DNA of 64,000 bases, from NCBI GenBank assembly GCA_009838035.1, contig VXSK01000030.1:8683-72682 (forward strand), in the 5' to 3' direction. The stretch's first letter is position 1. Each line of letters opens with the position of its first letter. Of this stretch, positions 39,516-48,924 are shown one piece after another. The notes below the pieces were generated by a model that was not told where the DNA came from, did no database searches, and saw only the letters and a program-made list of their open reading frames with translations. The position numbers and the translations under genes are program-made. Source of the stretch: Gammaproteobacteria bacterium (GTDB taxonomy: Bacteria > Pseudomonadota > Gammaproteobacteria > Steroidobacterales > Foliamicaceae).

Positions 39516-40790
39516 ATGATTCGATACATGAAGAAGGGCATGGCCGCCGGGCAGCAGGATGAGCGCGATGCGCGCATCCAGTCGGCGGTCGAGGGCATAT
39601 TGGGCGACATTACGGAGAACGGCGACGAGGCGGTTCGCCGGTATTCGCAGCAGTTCGACCGCTGGTCGCCGGATTCGTTCCGCCTGAGCCGTGAGGAGAT
39701 CGACGACTGCCAAAACCGCCTGGACCCGCAGGACATCGCCGACATCCGCTTCGCCCAGGAACAGATTCGCAACTTCGCACGGATTCAGCTTGAAGCGCTG
39801 AACGACGTGGAAGTCGAAACCCGTCCCGGCGTGGTGCTCGGGCACCGCAACATCCCGGTCAGCAGCGTCGGCTGCTACGTGCCCGGCGGCAAGTATCCGC
39901 TGGTGGCCTCCGCGCACATGAGCGTGGTCACGGCCAGGGTGGCCGGAGTGGAGCGCGTGATCGCCGCCTCGCCGCCGTTTGAGGGCGCACCCAATCCGGC
40001 GGTCGTGACGGCCCTGGACCTGGCCGGCGCCGACGACATCTACTGCCTGGGCGGGGTCCAGGCGATCGGTGCGATGGCCCTGGGGACCGGCACGATTCCC
40101 TCCGTGGACATGATCGTGGGGCCCGGCAACGCCTTTGTGGCCGAGGCCAAGCGGCAGCTTTTCGGGCGGGTGGGCATCGACCTGCTGGCCGGCCCCACGG
40201 AAACTCTGGTCATCGCCGACGATTCGGTGGACGGCGAACTATGCGCGGCGGACCTCCTCGGTCAGGCCGAGCACGGCCCCGACTCCCCGGCCATCCTGCT
40301 GACAAATTCCGAGGAGCTGGCGCAAGCCACGATGGCCGAGGTGGAGCGCCAGCTTACCGTTCTGCCCACGGCGGCGATTGCGGGGCAGGCGTGGCAGGAC
40401 TACGGCCAGGTGATCGTTTGCGACGATTACGATGAAATGCTGGAGAAGGCCGACGAGATCGGCTCCGAACACGTCCAGGTCATGACCCGCGACCCGCAAT
40501 ATTTCCTCGACAACATGCGCAACTACGGGGCCCTGTTCCTGGGTCCGGAAACCAACGTGTCGTACGGCGACAAGGTCATCGGCACCAACCACACCCTGCC
40601 GACCCGCAAGGCGTCGCGTTATACCGGCGGCCTGTGGGTGGGCAAGTTCATCAAGACCTGCACCTACCAGCGCATCACCGAAGAAGCGTCGGTGGAGATC
40701 GGCGAATATTGCTCGCGGCTCTGCGCCCTGGAAGGCTTTGCCGGTCACAAGGAGCAGGCCGACATCCGGCTGCGCCGCTACGCCGGCTGA
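39516..40790 (+). CDS. histidinol dehydrogenase family (HisD-like) NAD-dependent dehydrogenase, probably a non-histidine paralog
   Basis: 424 aa. HisD-type motifs ([36 protein letters not shown]). The context is catabolic, not a his operon. Confidence 0.8.
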   Translation: MIRYMKKGMAAGQQDERDARIQSAVEGILGDITENGDEAVRRYSQQFDRWSPDSFRLSREEIDDCQNRLDPQDIADIRFAQEQIRNFARIQLEALNDVEVETRPGVVLGHRNIPVSSVGCYVPGGKYPLVASAHMSVVTARVAGVERVIAASPPFEGAPNPAVVTALDLAGADDIYCLGGVQAIGAMALGTGTIPSVDMIVGPGNAFVAEAKRQLFGRVGIDLLAGPTETLVIADDSVDGELCAADLLGQAEHGPDSPAILLTNSEELAQATMAEVERQLTVLPTAAIAGQAWQDYGQVIVCDDYDEMLEKADEIGSEHVQVMTRDPQYFLDNMRNYGALFLGPETNVSYGDKVIGTNHTLPTRKASRYTGGLWVGKFIKTCTYQRITEEASVEIGEYCSRLCALEGFAGHKEQADIRLRRYAG

Positions 40791-40803
40791 ATCAGGGGGC
40801 ATC

Positions 40804-41946
40804 ATGCTGCATTCCACCGAGCGGATACTCACTACCCACGTCGGCAGCCTTCCCCGCTCGGAAGCCGTAACGGAAATGGTGTTCGCCGAGGAGAAAGGCG
40901 AGCGGATGGAGCCGTCGGCGCGGCATGCCTTGCTGGCCGATGCCGTGGACGCGGTCGTGGCGAAACAGTGCGAGGCCGGCGTGGACGTGGTCAGCGACGG
41001 CGAAATGAGCAAGATCAGCTACGCCACCTACATCAAGGACCGCATCACGGGATTCGAGGGCGACAGTCCGCGGCAGCCTCCTTCCGACCTGGAGGAGTAT
41101 CCGGGATTTCTCCAACGCCTGGCCGCCAGCGGCGGCACGCCCACCTATCGCAGGCCCCAGTGCGTCGGTGAGATCCGGGTGAAGGACACGGCTCCGCTTG
41201 AGGAGGACCTGGCGAATTTTCGCGCGGCGGTAGATCGGCACAAACCCACGGAAGGCTTCATGAATGCGGCCTCGCCCGGGGTTATCGCCCTGTTTCAGCC
41301 GAACCAGCACTATCCGGACCACGAGTCCTACCTCTACGCGCTGGCGGATGCCATGCGCCCGGAATACGAAGCCATCGTCGCGGCCGGATTCCTGCTGCAA
41401 CTGGATTCGCCCGACCTGGGACTGGGCAGGCACATGATGTTCAAGGGACAGCCCGACAGCGAGTACCGGCGTCAGGCCGAGCTGCACGTCGAGGCGCTGA
41501 ACCACGCCTTGCGCAACGTCCCTGCGGACCGGGTGCGCCTGCACGTCTGCTGGGGGAACTACGAGGGCCCCCATATCCACGACGCGCCGATGGAGATGGT
41601 CCTGCCCATCGCGCTCAAGGCCAGGCCGCAGGCGCTGCTGTTCGAGTCCTCCAATCCCCGTCACGCACACGAGTGGACCGTCTTTGCCGAAGCGCAACTG
41701 CCCGACGACAAGGTCCTGGTGCCCGGGGTCCTCGACTCCACGACCAACTTCGTCGAGCATCCGCGGCTGGTGGCCGAACGCATCTGCCGTTTTGCCGATA
41801 TCGTCGGACGCGAGCGGGTGATCGCCGGAACGGACTGCGGGTTCTCGACTTTCGCCGGATTCGGGGCCGTCGATCCGGACATCACCTACGCCAAGCTGGC
41901 CGCCATGGCCGAAGGCGCGGCGATCGCCAGCAAGCGCCTCTGGTAA
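40804..41946 (+). CDS. cobalamin-independent methionine synthase II (MetE C-terminal domain-like) family Zn enzyme
   Basis: ATG at 40804; the ORF track starts at 40738. ILTTHVGSLPRS N-terminus. Zn ligand motifs LHVCWGN and GTDCGFS. Confidence 0.8.
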   Translation: MLHSTERILTTHVGSLPRSEAVTEMVFAEEKGERMEPSARHALLADAVDAVVAKQCEAGVDVVSDGEMSKISYATYIKDRITGFEGDSPRQPPSDLEEYPGFLQRLAASGGTPTYRRPQCVGEIRVKDTAPLEEDLANFRAAVDRHKPTEGFMNAASPGVIALFQPNQHYPDHESYLYALADAMRPEYEAIVAAGFLLQLDSPDLGLGRHMMFKGQPDSEYRRQAELHVEALNHALRNVPADRVRLHVCWGNYEGPHIHDAPMEMVLPIALKARPQALLFESSNPRHAHEWTVFAEAQLPDDKVLVPGVLDSTTNFVEHPRLVAERICRFADIVGRERVIAGTDCGFSTFAGFGAVDPDITYAKLAAMAEGAAIASKRLW

Positions 41947-41952
41947 ACGCCC

Positions 41953-42918
41953 TTATACGGTAAGGATGATCTTGCCGAAGTGGTTGCGCTCGTCCACGAG
42001 CTGATGCGCTCTGACAACCTCCGATAGCGGGAGGACGGTGCCGACGGGAGCCTTGAAGGTGCCGTCAGCGAACAGGGGCAGGGCCACGTCGCGGAAGCGG
42101 GACATGGTGTGGGTCATGAAGCGCTCGCTCGTCGAAATGCTCATGCTCATCAGCGACAGGTTGCGAACGCCGATGTTCAGGTTGAAGCACACTTGGCGCC
42201 CGCCGGTGCTTCCGTACATCACGATCTTCCCGTCCATGCCCATGCAGGCGATCAGCGATTCGGCGGTTTCCTCGCCTATCGTCATGAGCCCGATGTCGAT
42301 TCCGCGACCATCCGTGTCGCGTTTCACCAGTGCCGGCACGTCGTCCCGCTTGTAGTTGTAGATGGCGTCGCAGCCCCATTCGCGGGCGATTTCCAGCTTG
42401 GGGTCCCGGCTCGCGGTTCCGGCCACCCAGCAACCGCGCCACTTCGCGATCTGCAAAGCCGCGCTTCCAACGCCCGAGGCGATCGCCTCGATCAGAATCC
42501 GCTGGCCTTGCCTGTATCCGGCCACCGCATCCAGCGCATGCCAGGCGGTCAGCCAGCTCACCGGGATCGCGGCGCCCTCAACGAACGAAAGCCCGTCGGG
42601 AAGCGGCATCAGGTGACCGGCTTCGAACAGGACCGCTTCGGCATGCGAGCCGCGTGCCCGACCGAAAACACGGTCGCCGGGCTTGAACTCGCCGACTTCG
42701 TCACCGCATTCGGCCACCACCCCGGCGCCCTCCATGCCCATCACGAAGGGCAGCTCCTGTCCCGAATAGGTCCCCGCACGCATGCGTGTCTCGGCGAAGT
42801 TGACTCCGGATGCTCTTACCTCAACGAGCACCTGCCGCGGACCCGGTTCCAGACGCCCCAGTTCGCGCCACTGCATGACTTCCGTGCCGCCGAACTGCTC
42901 GACCAGGAAACCGTGCAT
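41953..42918 (-). CDS. MDR-family NADPH:quinone oxidoreductase / zinc-type alcohol dehydrogenase-like protein
   Basis: 321 aa. VLVEVRASGVNFAETRMRAGTY and the GxGxxG-like IEAIASGVGSAALQIAK. Confidence 0.85.
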   Translation of the reverse strand: MHGFLVEQFGGTEVMQWRELGRLEPGPRQVLVEVRASGVNFAETRMRAGTYSGQELPFVMGMEGAGVVAECGDEVGEFKPGDRVFGRARGSHAEAVLFEAGHLMPLPDGLSFVEGAAIPVSWLTAWHALDAVAGYRQGQRILIEAIASGVGSAALQIAKWRGCWVAGTASRDPKLEIAREWGCDAIYNYKRDDVPALVKRDTDGRGIDIGLMTIGEETAESLIACMGMDGKIVMYGSTGGRQVCFNLNIGVRNLSLMSMSISTSERFMTHTMSRFRDVALPLFADGTFKAPVGTVLPLSEVVRAHQLVDERNHFGKIILTV

Positions 42919-42959
42919 GGCGGATAGCGAGGATTGCGGGTGCGCGCTGAGGGGGTTGA

Positions 42960-43790
42960 TCAGGGCGCTGGCTTATCCAGCCACAGCCGCATCTCGCGCG
43001 CGAACTGCTTCCAGGCAAGGTCCAGAATGTTTACCTGGACTTCGGGAATCTCGACGTAATGCGCCCGTGGCAGCAACTCGGCATGCGCCAGACGGGTTTC
43101 GTCGAGCAGAGGTTCATGCGTCTGCAGGATCGCGACCGGGTGAGGGAGCTGCGGCAGACGCTCTTCCAGCGGATAATTCCAGACGGCGTCGTAGGCATAC
43201 CAGTGCTTGTCCAGTGGACGAATAGCCTCCGCGAAGACCCGCGCCGCACGCTCCAGCGGCACGTCCTTCGACCGGTCGGCCACGAGCACCTTCCAGCGGT
43301 CCTTGATCCAGGCTCCGTCCTCGGTCAGCTTCCGGTCGCGGGGCAGCGACTCGAGAATTTCCCTGCGCCTTTCCGGCGAACGGTAGGGAACGCCGCTCAT
43401 TACGATACGGCGCACCAGGTCCGGCCGCGTCAGCGCCAGTTCGGTGGCGATCAGCACCCCCGTGTGCAGGCCGAACACGTCGACCGCGCCCTTGCCGCCG
43501 GCGCCAAAGCCGAGGCCGTCCAGCGCATCGGCCATCGAGCCGGCAAAGTCTGCCATCGTCGGCACGTCGGGAGGGCCGTCCGAGCTGCCGTAGCCGGGCG
43601 TATCGAAGGCCAGCGCCTCCCTGTCGCGGCCCATTTCCCTGAGCAGCATGTCGTATTCGAATGCCGACTTGTGGTTCTGGTGAAAGAACGCCAGCGGCGT
43701 CTTGCCGCTGCCTTCGGCATCCGGCCAGGCCCGGTGGTAGTGAATCTGTCCGAAGCGGCCATTCACGTAGCCGCGCTGATAGTTCGACAT
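42960..43790 (-). CDS. alpha/beta-fold protein with non-canonical nucleophile elbow (G-L-H-T-G)
   Basis: 276 aa. Alpha/beta-hydrolase layout (PLAFFHQN..., FDTPGYGSSD, VDVFGLHTGVLIATELA). His occupies the usual Ser/Asp nucleophile position (codon 43464-43466). Confidence 0.7.
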   Translation of the reverse strand: MSNYQRGYVNGRFGQIHYHRAWPDAEGSGKTPLAFFHQNHKSAFEYDMLLREMGRDREALAFDTPGYGSSDGPPDVPTMADFAGSMADALDGLGFGAGGKGAVDVFGLHTGVLIATELALTRPDLVRRIVMSGVPYRSPERRREILESLPRDRKLTEDGAWIKDRWKVLVADRSKDVPLERAARVFAEAIRPLDKHWYAYDAVWNYPLEERLPQLPHPVAILQTHEPLLDETRLAHAELLPRAHYVEIPEVQVNILDLAWKQFAREMRLWLDKPAP

Positions 43791-43855
43791 CGCTGACTAT
43801 TTCACCCCGGGAAATGCCGGCCCGGCGAGCACCGGGCGGCTGTTCCTGATCTTCA

Positions 43856-43892
43856 TGAAAGAAAAGCTCCGGCCGATCTGTCGGCCGGAGCT
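43856..43892 (-). terminator. rho-independent terminator after the TBDR gene (minus strand)
   Basis: AGCTCCGGCCGA-caga-TCGGCCGGAGCT is followed by TTTTCTTTC on the minus strand. Confidence 0.8.
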
Positions 43893-43905
43893 TTTTCGAA
43901 TGATG

Positions 43906-46473
43906 CTAGAAGTCGTAAACGACCCTGAGGCCGATGGTGCGCTTCTCGGCGGGGGTGACCGCCACGCCCTGGCTGTACAGGAACGCGAACAGGAAGGTGC
44001 CGGAGAAATCGGACCAGCGGGCGCCCGCCAGGTAGTTGTCGTCGTCGAGCAGGTTCTTGACGTATCCCTCGATGCGAAGGTCGTCCCGTTCGAAACCGCC
44101 ACGCAGGTTGAAACGCCAGAAGTCGCCCATCGTGGAGAAGTTGGCTTCCTCGTTGTACGCCTCGCCGAAGTACTCGCCGTCCACGCGCACGTAGTAGTCC
44201 CAGTTGCCGCTCGCGAAGCTGTCGGTCCAGGTGCCGGAGATGGCGCCCTGCCATTCCGGATAACGCGCGGGCCGGCTGCCGGAGCAGTCGCGGGGGCCGA
44301 ACGTGGCGCCGGGCGTGATGGGCGGCTTGAATGGCGAGAAGCCGCAGGTTAGCGTGCCGTACTCGCCGTCGGCGTAATTCAGCATGAACGTGCCGGAGAA
44401 GTTCTCTCCCAGCGAGAAGCCGCCTTCCAGCTCCAGACCCTCCAGTTCCGCGTCGCCGGCATTGAGCTGGAGATTGAGCGTGCGCTGGACACCCAGCTCG
44501 TTCGTCAAGGTAACACCCTGGCGAGTCTTGAGATTGGTCCAGTCCAGCATGTAGAAGACCGCCGAGAAGTAGAAGTTCTCGAACTCCTGCTTGAAGCCGA
44601 CTTCCATGTTCTCAAGCTCCTCTTCCTCGTTGAACAGCGAAAGCCCGGGGATCACCGACCTTACCTGCTCCCTGTCCGCTTGGCTCAGGGAGCCGAAGTC
44701 CGTATTGAAGAAGCCGGGCAGCGTGCCTTCGGAATACGTGACCCAACTGGTTCCCCGGTCGCCGACATCGTAGGACAGCGTGACCCGCGGCAGGAAACTG
44801 TTGAATGACTCCTCGTTGTAGGTCGCGTTCACGACACCGCCGCCCGGATTCGGCACGCCCGCGTTACTCGGACTTGACAGTGAAATATCGTCCGACTGGT
44901 AGCGCCACTCCACGTCCAGGGTCAGGTCATCATTGAAGTCGTAGGCAAAGGACCCGAATATTCCGGTGGTGTCGTTGCCCTCGGTGGGCGGAATGGCGTT
45001 CATGAAGAAGTGCGGACCCGGGAGCGTTACCGGCTCGGGCAGGGGCGTTCCGTCGGGCGCAGCCACCACTCGCTGGCTCACGCCCCCGTCGGAACCCCAG
45101 ATCGTCTGACCTCCGTTGCCCACGGTGACGTTATCCGCGGTGAAGTAATTCGCCCCGATCGAATAGCGCAGCCTGCGGTCCTGCGGCGAACTCAGGTTCA
45201 GTTCCACCGTCAGATCATCGGCAACGACCGGATCCTGCGACAGGAAATTCTGCGCGGCGGTAAGGTCGAAATCACGAACCCAGCCGGCCCGCATCGCGCT
45301 CCATCCGACCACGGAATCCAGGCTGTGCCCGTCCAGCATGCCGCTGTCGAAGTCATAGTTGAGCAACAGCGCGGCCCTTTGCTGGTAGCGGGTCAGACCG
45401 GACGTGGACCTGAGCGGCGCGCCGGGCAGCTTGGGCCGGCAGATGCCGTCGCGCGGGTCGCAGATCACGTTGCTGCGAAAGGCGGCCTGATCGACGGCGC
45501 TGATCGCCGTGTTCGGAGCGATGAAGGAATCCACGTCAACCTTCGGCAGCGAACCGCAGAAGTAATCGGACGGCGTGTCGGAGCCCGCGCCCCCTGAAGT
45601 AATGCCGTCGCTGTAGCAGTTGGGCCCGGCGTTGGCCGGGACGCCGGCCCCGCCGAAGCGGGCCGAGAAGGCCGTACCCAGCAACATGCCGGCGGCCGGT
45701 CCGTCGTCGTCGTGGGACCACAGGTAGCGGAACTTGGCCGAGAAGTTCTCGGTGGGCGTCCAGCTGATCACGGCCTGTATGGTTTGTGTGCTCTCCTCGC
45801 CCAGGGCGCCGCCATCGGCATTGGACTTGTACTGACCGTCGGTTCCGTACAGTCGCGCCGAAACGCGGTAGGTCAGCTGGTCGTCCACCAGCGGTCCTTC
45901 GTGCGAAAGTGTCACGTCGCGCCCGCCCCACTCCGAAACGTCGGCGATGACGCGGCCTGCGTATTCATTGCCCGGTGTCCTGGTCACGTAGTTGACCGCT
46001 CCGGCGAAGGTGGACCGGCCAAATGTGGCCGACTGGGGCCCCTTGATGACTTCGACGCGCTCGATATTGGAAAAGTCGATGCTCGTAACTCCATCGGAAA
46101 TGTAAACGCCGTCCAGGAACACCGTACCCACCTGCTGTGAAGGGGGGTTGGCGTTACTGTTCATCCCGCGAAAGCGCACCCTGCTGCTGAAGCGGCCCGG
46201 AATCTGGCCGCCCTGCTTGTGGAAGTGCATGCCGGCGGTCGCGAACGAAAGGTCCTGCAGGGTGGTGTACCCGCCGCGGATCAATTGCTCCGCCGAGAAG
46301 GCGGTTATCGCTATCGGAATGTCCGCCAGCGCTTCTTCGCGTTTCCGCGCCGTGACGACGATCTCTTCAAGTGCCGATGCCTCTTGCGCGCCGGCCTGCG
46401 GAGCCGTGCCCCAGGCAACGGCGCCCACGGCCACGGCCAGGGCAATCGAAAATGTCCAATGAAGTCGGTGCAT
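43906..46473 (-). CDS. TonB-dependent receptor
   Basis: ATG at 46473 after GGGAGG; the ORF track extends to 46644. Signal peptide (FSIALAVAVGAVAWGTAPQAGAQ), LEEIVVTARKREEALADIPIAITAF, IERVEVIKGPQSATFGRSTFAGAVNYVT, C-terminal ...RVVYDF. Confidence 0.92.
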   Translation of the reverse strand: MHRLHWTFSIALAVAVGAVAWGTAPQAGAQEASALEEIVVTARKREEALADIPIAITAFSAEQLIRGGYTTLQDLSFATAGMHFHKQGGQIPGRFSSRVRFRGMNSNANPPSQQVGTVFLDGVYISDGVTSIDFSNIERVEVIKGPQSATFGRSTFAGAVNYVTRTPGNEYAGRVIADVSEWGGRDVTLSHEGPLVDDQLTYRVSARLYGTDGQYKSNADGGALGEESTQTIQAVISWTPTENFSAKFRYLWSHDDDGPAAGMLLGTAFSARFGGAGVPANAGPNCYSDGITSGGAGSDTPSDYFCGSLPKVDVDSFIAPNTAISAVDQAAFRSNVICDPRDGICRPKLPGAPLRSTSGLTRYQQRAALLLNYDFDSGMLDGHSLDSVVGWSAMRAGWVRDFDLTAAQNFLSQDPVVADDLTVELNLSSPQDRRLRYSIGANYFTADNVTVGNGGQTIWGSDGGVSQRVVAAPDGTPLPEPVTLPGPHFFMNAIPPTEGNDTTGIFGSFAYDFNDDLTLDVEWRYQSDDISLSSPSNAGVPNPGGGVVNATYNEESFNSFLPRVTLSYDVGDRGTSWVTYSEGTLPGFFNTDFGSLSQADREQVRSVIPGLSLFNEEEELENMEVGFKQEFENFYFSAVFYMLDWTNLKTRQGVTLTNELGVQRTLNLQLNAGDAELEGLELEGGFSLGENFSGTFMLNYADGEYGTLTCGFSPFKPPITPGATFGPRDCSGSRPARYPEWQGAISGTWTDSFASGNWDYYVRVDGEYFGEAYNEEANFSTMGDFWRFNLRGGFERDDLRIEGYVKNLLDDDNYLAGARWSDFSGTFLFAFLYSQGVAVTPAEKRTIGLRVVYDF

Positions 46474-46651
46474 GTTTGTCCTCCCAATAGGATTTAGCAG
46501 CTGCCGAATACCTGCCTGTCCGTCCACTTGGCGTCCGCCCCCGAACGTTTGCAGGATTCGTGGTACCGGAGAATAGTTGCAAACGCAGGCTCGTGCAACT
46601 GCTTGTTTGCGCCGCCCTCGCCCCCCGGGGCGGACTCGGCGCAATACGGCG

Positions 46652-47647
46652 CTAGGGGGCTTTCCGCTGGCGCAGGATCTGCTCCATTAGCGCGAGGCGG
46701 TCGAATACCGTCCATTCGCGAGCCACGCGTCCGCCGGTCAGCCACCAGTGGCTGATGCCCATGAGGAACAACGGGCCTTGCGCCGCCGGCAGCCCCTCGA
46801 AATCCTGCGAGTGTTCCGCTGCCGCCGTCCAGCGCGCCGCGAGCGTCCATCCGTCGCCACGGGCCTGCAGTCCGGCATGATCTACGCTGAGCCGGAGCAC
46901 CTTCAGGCTCTCCCGCAAGGCAGCGTAGTGGCCGAGGATATCGCTCGCTCCGGCCACTTCCCGGTCTGAATCGCTCAAGACAGCGTAGGGTGCGTAGGCG
47001 GCTTCGCAAGACTCCGACGGGTTCTGCCACTGGCCGAGCAGGATCTCGCGGGCAAAGCTGAGCGGGTCCCGCTGGGGGTCCGGCGGTGAAGCCGGGCCCG
47101 AAGGGGGCGGGGGAGCGTCCAGAACGCGCCTGCGTTCGCCGGCAAGCCACCGCGAGTGTTCCTCCGGATGCATTCGGGCAGCCTCTCGCCGCGCCACCTC
47201 GTGCGGATCCAGGCCCAGTTGCCGCACCAGGCTCAGGTTGTCGCGCACCAGCCATTCCTTCTCGATCAGTCCGTTCCGGACCACGCAGTCGGCCATTACG
47301 TGGGTCGTTACTTTTTTGCCGGTGGTCGGGCCGTAGGCGTTGTCTCCTTTGCTGGTCATCGGACTGCGGATGCGGTGCGAGGACAGCCACGCGCCGCCGT
47401 CCAGCGGACTGCACACCACGCCCTCCCCGATCACAAGCCGGTCGGGGAAAGCGGCCTGCATGGCGCGCGTATTCTCGGTGACCGCCGCCGCACCCTGCAT
47501 GATCCCGCCCAGGGCGTGGATGCGCGCTTCCGGCCCGTAGTAGCGCATCACCAGATCCGGGTTGCGGTCTTCCCAGATTTCGCGCGTTATGCGCAGGATG
47601 TAATCGACGATTTCTTCGGAGTTCGAATAGTCGGTCATAGGATTCAT
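46652..47647 (-). CDS. double SnoaL-like (NTF2-fold cyclase-like) protein, same subfamily as 38344..39504
   Basis: 331 aa. IVDYILRITREIWEDRNPDLVMRYY...GPTTGKKVTTHVMADCVVRNGLIEKEWLVRD, plus a second half ending ...WWLTGGRVAREWTVFD. Confidence 0.8.
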   Translation of the reverse strand: MNPMTDYSNSEEIVDYILRITREIWEDRNPDLVMRYYGPEARIHALGGIMQGAAAVTENTRAMQAAFPDRLVIGEGVVCSPLDGGAWLSSHRIRSPMTSKGDNAYGPTTGKKVTTHVMADCVVRNGLIEKEWLVRDNLSLVRQLGLDPHEVARREAARMHPEEHSRWLAGERRRVLDAPPPPSGPASPPDPQRDPLSFAREILLGQWQNPSESCEAAYAPYAVLSDSDREVAGASDILGHYAALRESLKVLRLSVDHAGLQARGDGWTLAARWTAAAEHSQDFEGLPAAQGPLFLMGISHWWLTGGRVAREWTVFDRLALMEQILRQRKAP

Positions 47648-47733
47648 ATGCCGGTCAGGGCGCCCCGCCGGTTATGTGCAGGTATATTCGGCTGCGGCTA
47701 GTATATGGGCCGCACCGAATCCGGGGAGGCGGC

Positions 47734-48768
47734 ATGCTGGCAGCCAGTCAGGTCACACGGGAACAGATGCGGGCGCGGCTGGTCCGTTACGGCGAGCTGG
47801 TGCCCTGCCGCACCGCGTTTATCGACACGCGCACGCCGGGCAGCGAGTCGAAGGAGAACTTCACGATCATCGGCCCGGGCGTCGCCGAGAACCCGGACCA
47901 GCACGTGCACATTCGCGAGCCGCACGGCTTCAATATCGGGGCCGCGCGCCAGCCGCCCGGATGCGTCAACTCCCAGCACAGCCACGAGACCGCCGAGGTC
48001 TTCTGGATCCACTCGGGCCGCTGGCGCTTCATGACCGGCGAACACGGCGAAGACGGCGAGGTCGTGCTTGAGCGCGGCGACACCATCTCCATTCCGATTC
48101 ACGTGTTCCGCGGATTCGAGAACGTAGGCGGCAGCGAAGGATTCATGTTCGCCGCGCTGGGCGGCGACGATCCGGGTCGCGTGACCTGGGCCCCGTACGT
48201 GTTCGATGACGCGCGCAGGTACGGCCTGGTGCTGCTGGAGAGCGGCCGGTTGATCGACACCGCGGCCGGCGAGGCCGTCCCCGACGACGAACCCGTCATG
48301 CCCGCGACGACCGCCGGCCAGGTTGCCGAACTGACGCGCCTGGACAGCGCCGCCCTGCAATCATGCGTGGCGCGCTATCGCGCTACCAACGGCGCCGCCG
48401 ATTCAATCCTGGCCCAGAACGCTTCGGACGGCCGGGTCATCGAGCAACCCATCATCGGCCAATCCAATCTACAAGAGGGCGTCCAGCAAGCCCCTCTCTC
48501 CTGGCAGCACGGCTTCCACCTGCGCCGCCTCACATTCGGTCCCGGCGCCCGTTTGCCGGCGCATTCCCGCGCGGAAGAGGAAGTGTGGACGGTCCACGAA
48601 GGCCGCCTTCGCATCGCCTGGGGACACGAGTCCCTGGACCTCGCCCCCGGCGACGTACTCACCGTCCCCATCGAACTCGAACGCACAATCCAAAACCCCG
48701 GCGCTGACCCCGCAGAGGCCTTCGTCGTCCGCGGCAGCGATTCCCCCGCCGCCCCCAAGTGGGTCTGA
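47734..48768 (+). CDS. bicupin-like protein, function unknown
   Basis: ATG at 47734 after GGGGAGG. There are two cupin-like modules: NSQHSHETAEVFWIHSGRW...GDTISIPIHVFRGFEN and ARLPAHSRAEEEVWTVHEGRLRI...GDVLTVP. Confidence 0.65.
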   Translation: MLAASQVTREQMRARLVRYGELVPCRTAFIDTRTPGSESKENFTIIGPGVAENPDQHVHIREPHGFNIGAARQPPGCVNSQHSHETAEVFWIHSGRWRFMTGEHGEDGEVVLERGDTISIPIHVFRGFENVGGSEGFMFAALGGDDPGRVTWAPYVFDDARRYGLVLLESGRLIDTAAGEAVPDDEPVMPATTAGQVAELTRLDSAALQSCVARYRATNGAADSILAQNASDGRVIEQPIIGQSNLQEGVQQAPLSWQHGFHLRRLTFGPGARLPAHSRAEEEVWTVHEGRLRIAWGHESLDLAPGDVLTVPIELERTIQNPGADPAEAFVVRGSDSPAAPKWV

Positions 48769-48793
48769 CCTGCGCCAGACCTTGAGCCTGTTG

Positions 48794-48896
48794 TTCACCC
48801 ACCCCTGTGGAGAGCGTTGGAGCCAGGATGGCGGAACCGAGCCAGTGGGCGCCGATGACCCGGCGCCCACAGCGCCTCTCAACAGGGGTGGGTGAA
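48794..48896. repeat. long imperfect palindromic intergenic element (copy A of a repeat family)
   Basis: 15-bp arms TTCACCCACCCCTGT / ACAGGGGTGGGTGAA, extended by GGAGAG/CTCTCA. An apical hairpin GTGGGCGCC-n8-GGCGCCCAC is also present. It lies between the convergent bicupin and uvrA genes. Confidence 0.8.
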
Positions 48897-48924
48897 TAAC
48901 GGGCGAGGGCCGGCACCAAGCGAG

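Noticed and set aside
47682-47720. Operator-like repeats in the divergent SnoaL/bicupin region (GTATAT direct repeat; ATTCGGcTGCGG / CCGCACCGAAT imperfect inverted repeat), the CTTCCCGGGAAG palindrome at 59962-59973, and TTGCA-rich repeats at 38229-38343 and 46480-46600
   Set aside because: They are short or imperfect, have no cognate regulator in the window, and share no common motif across loci that I could establish by eye. They are noted but are too weak to call as sites.
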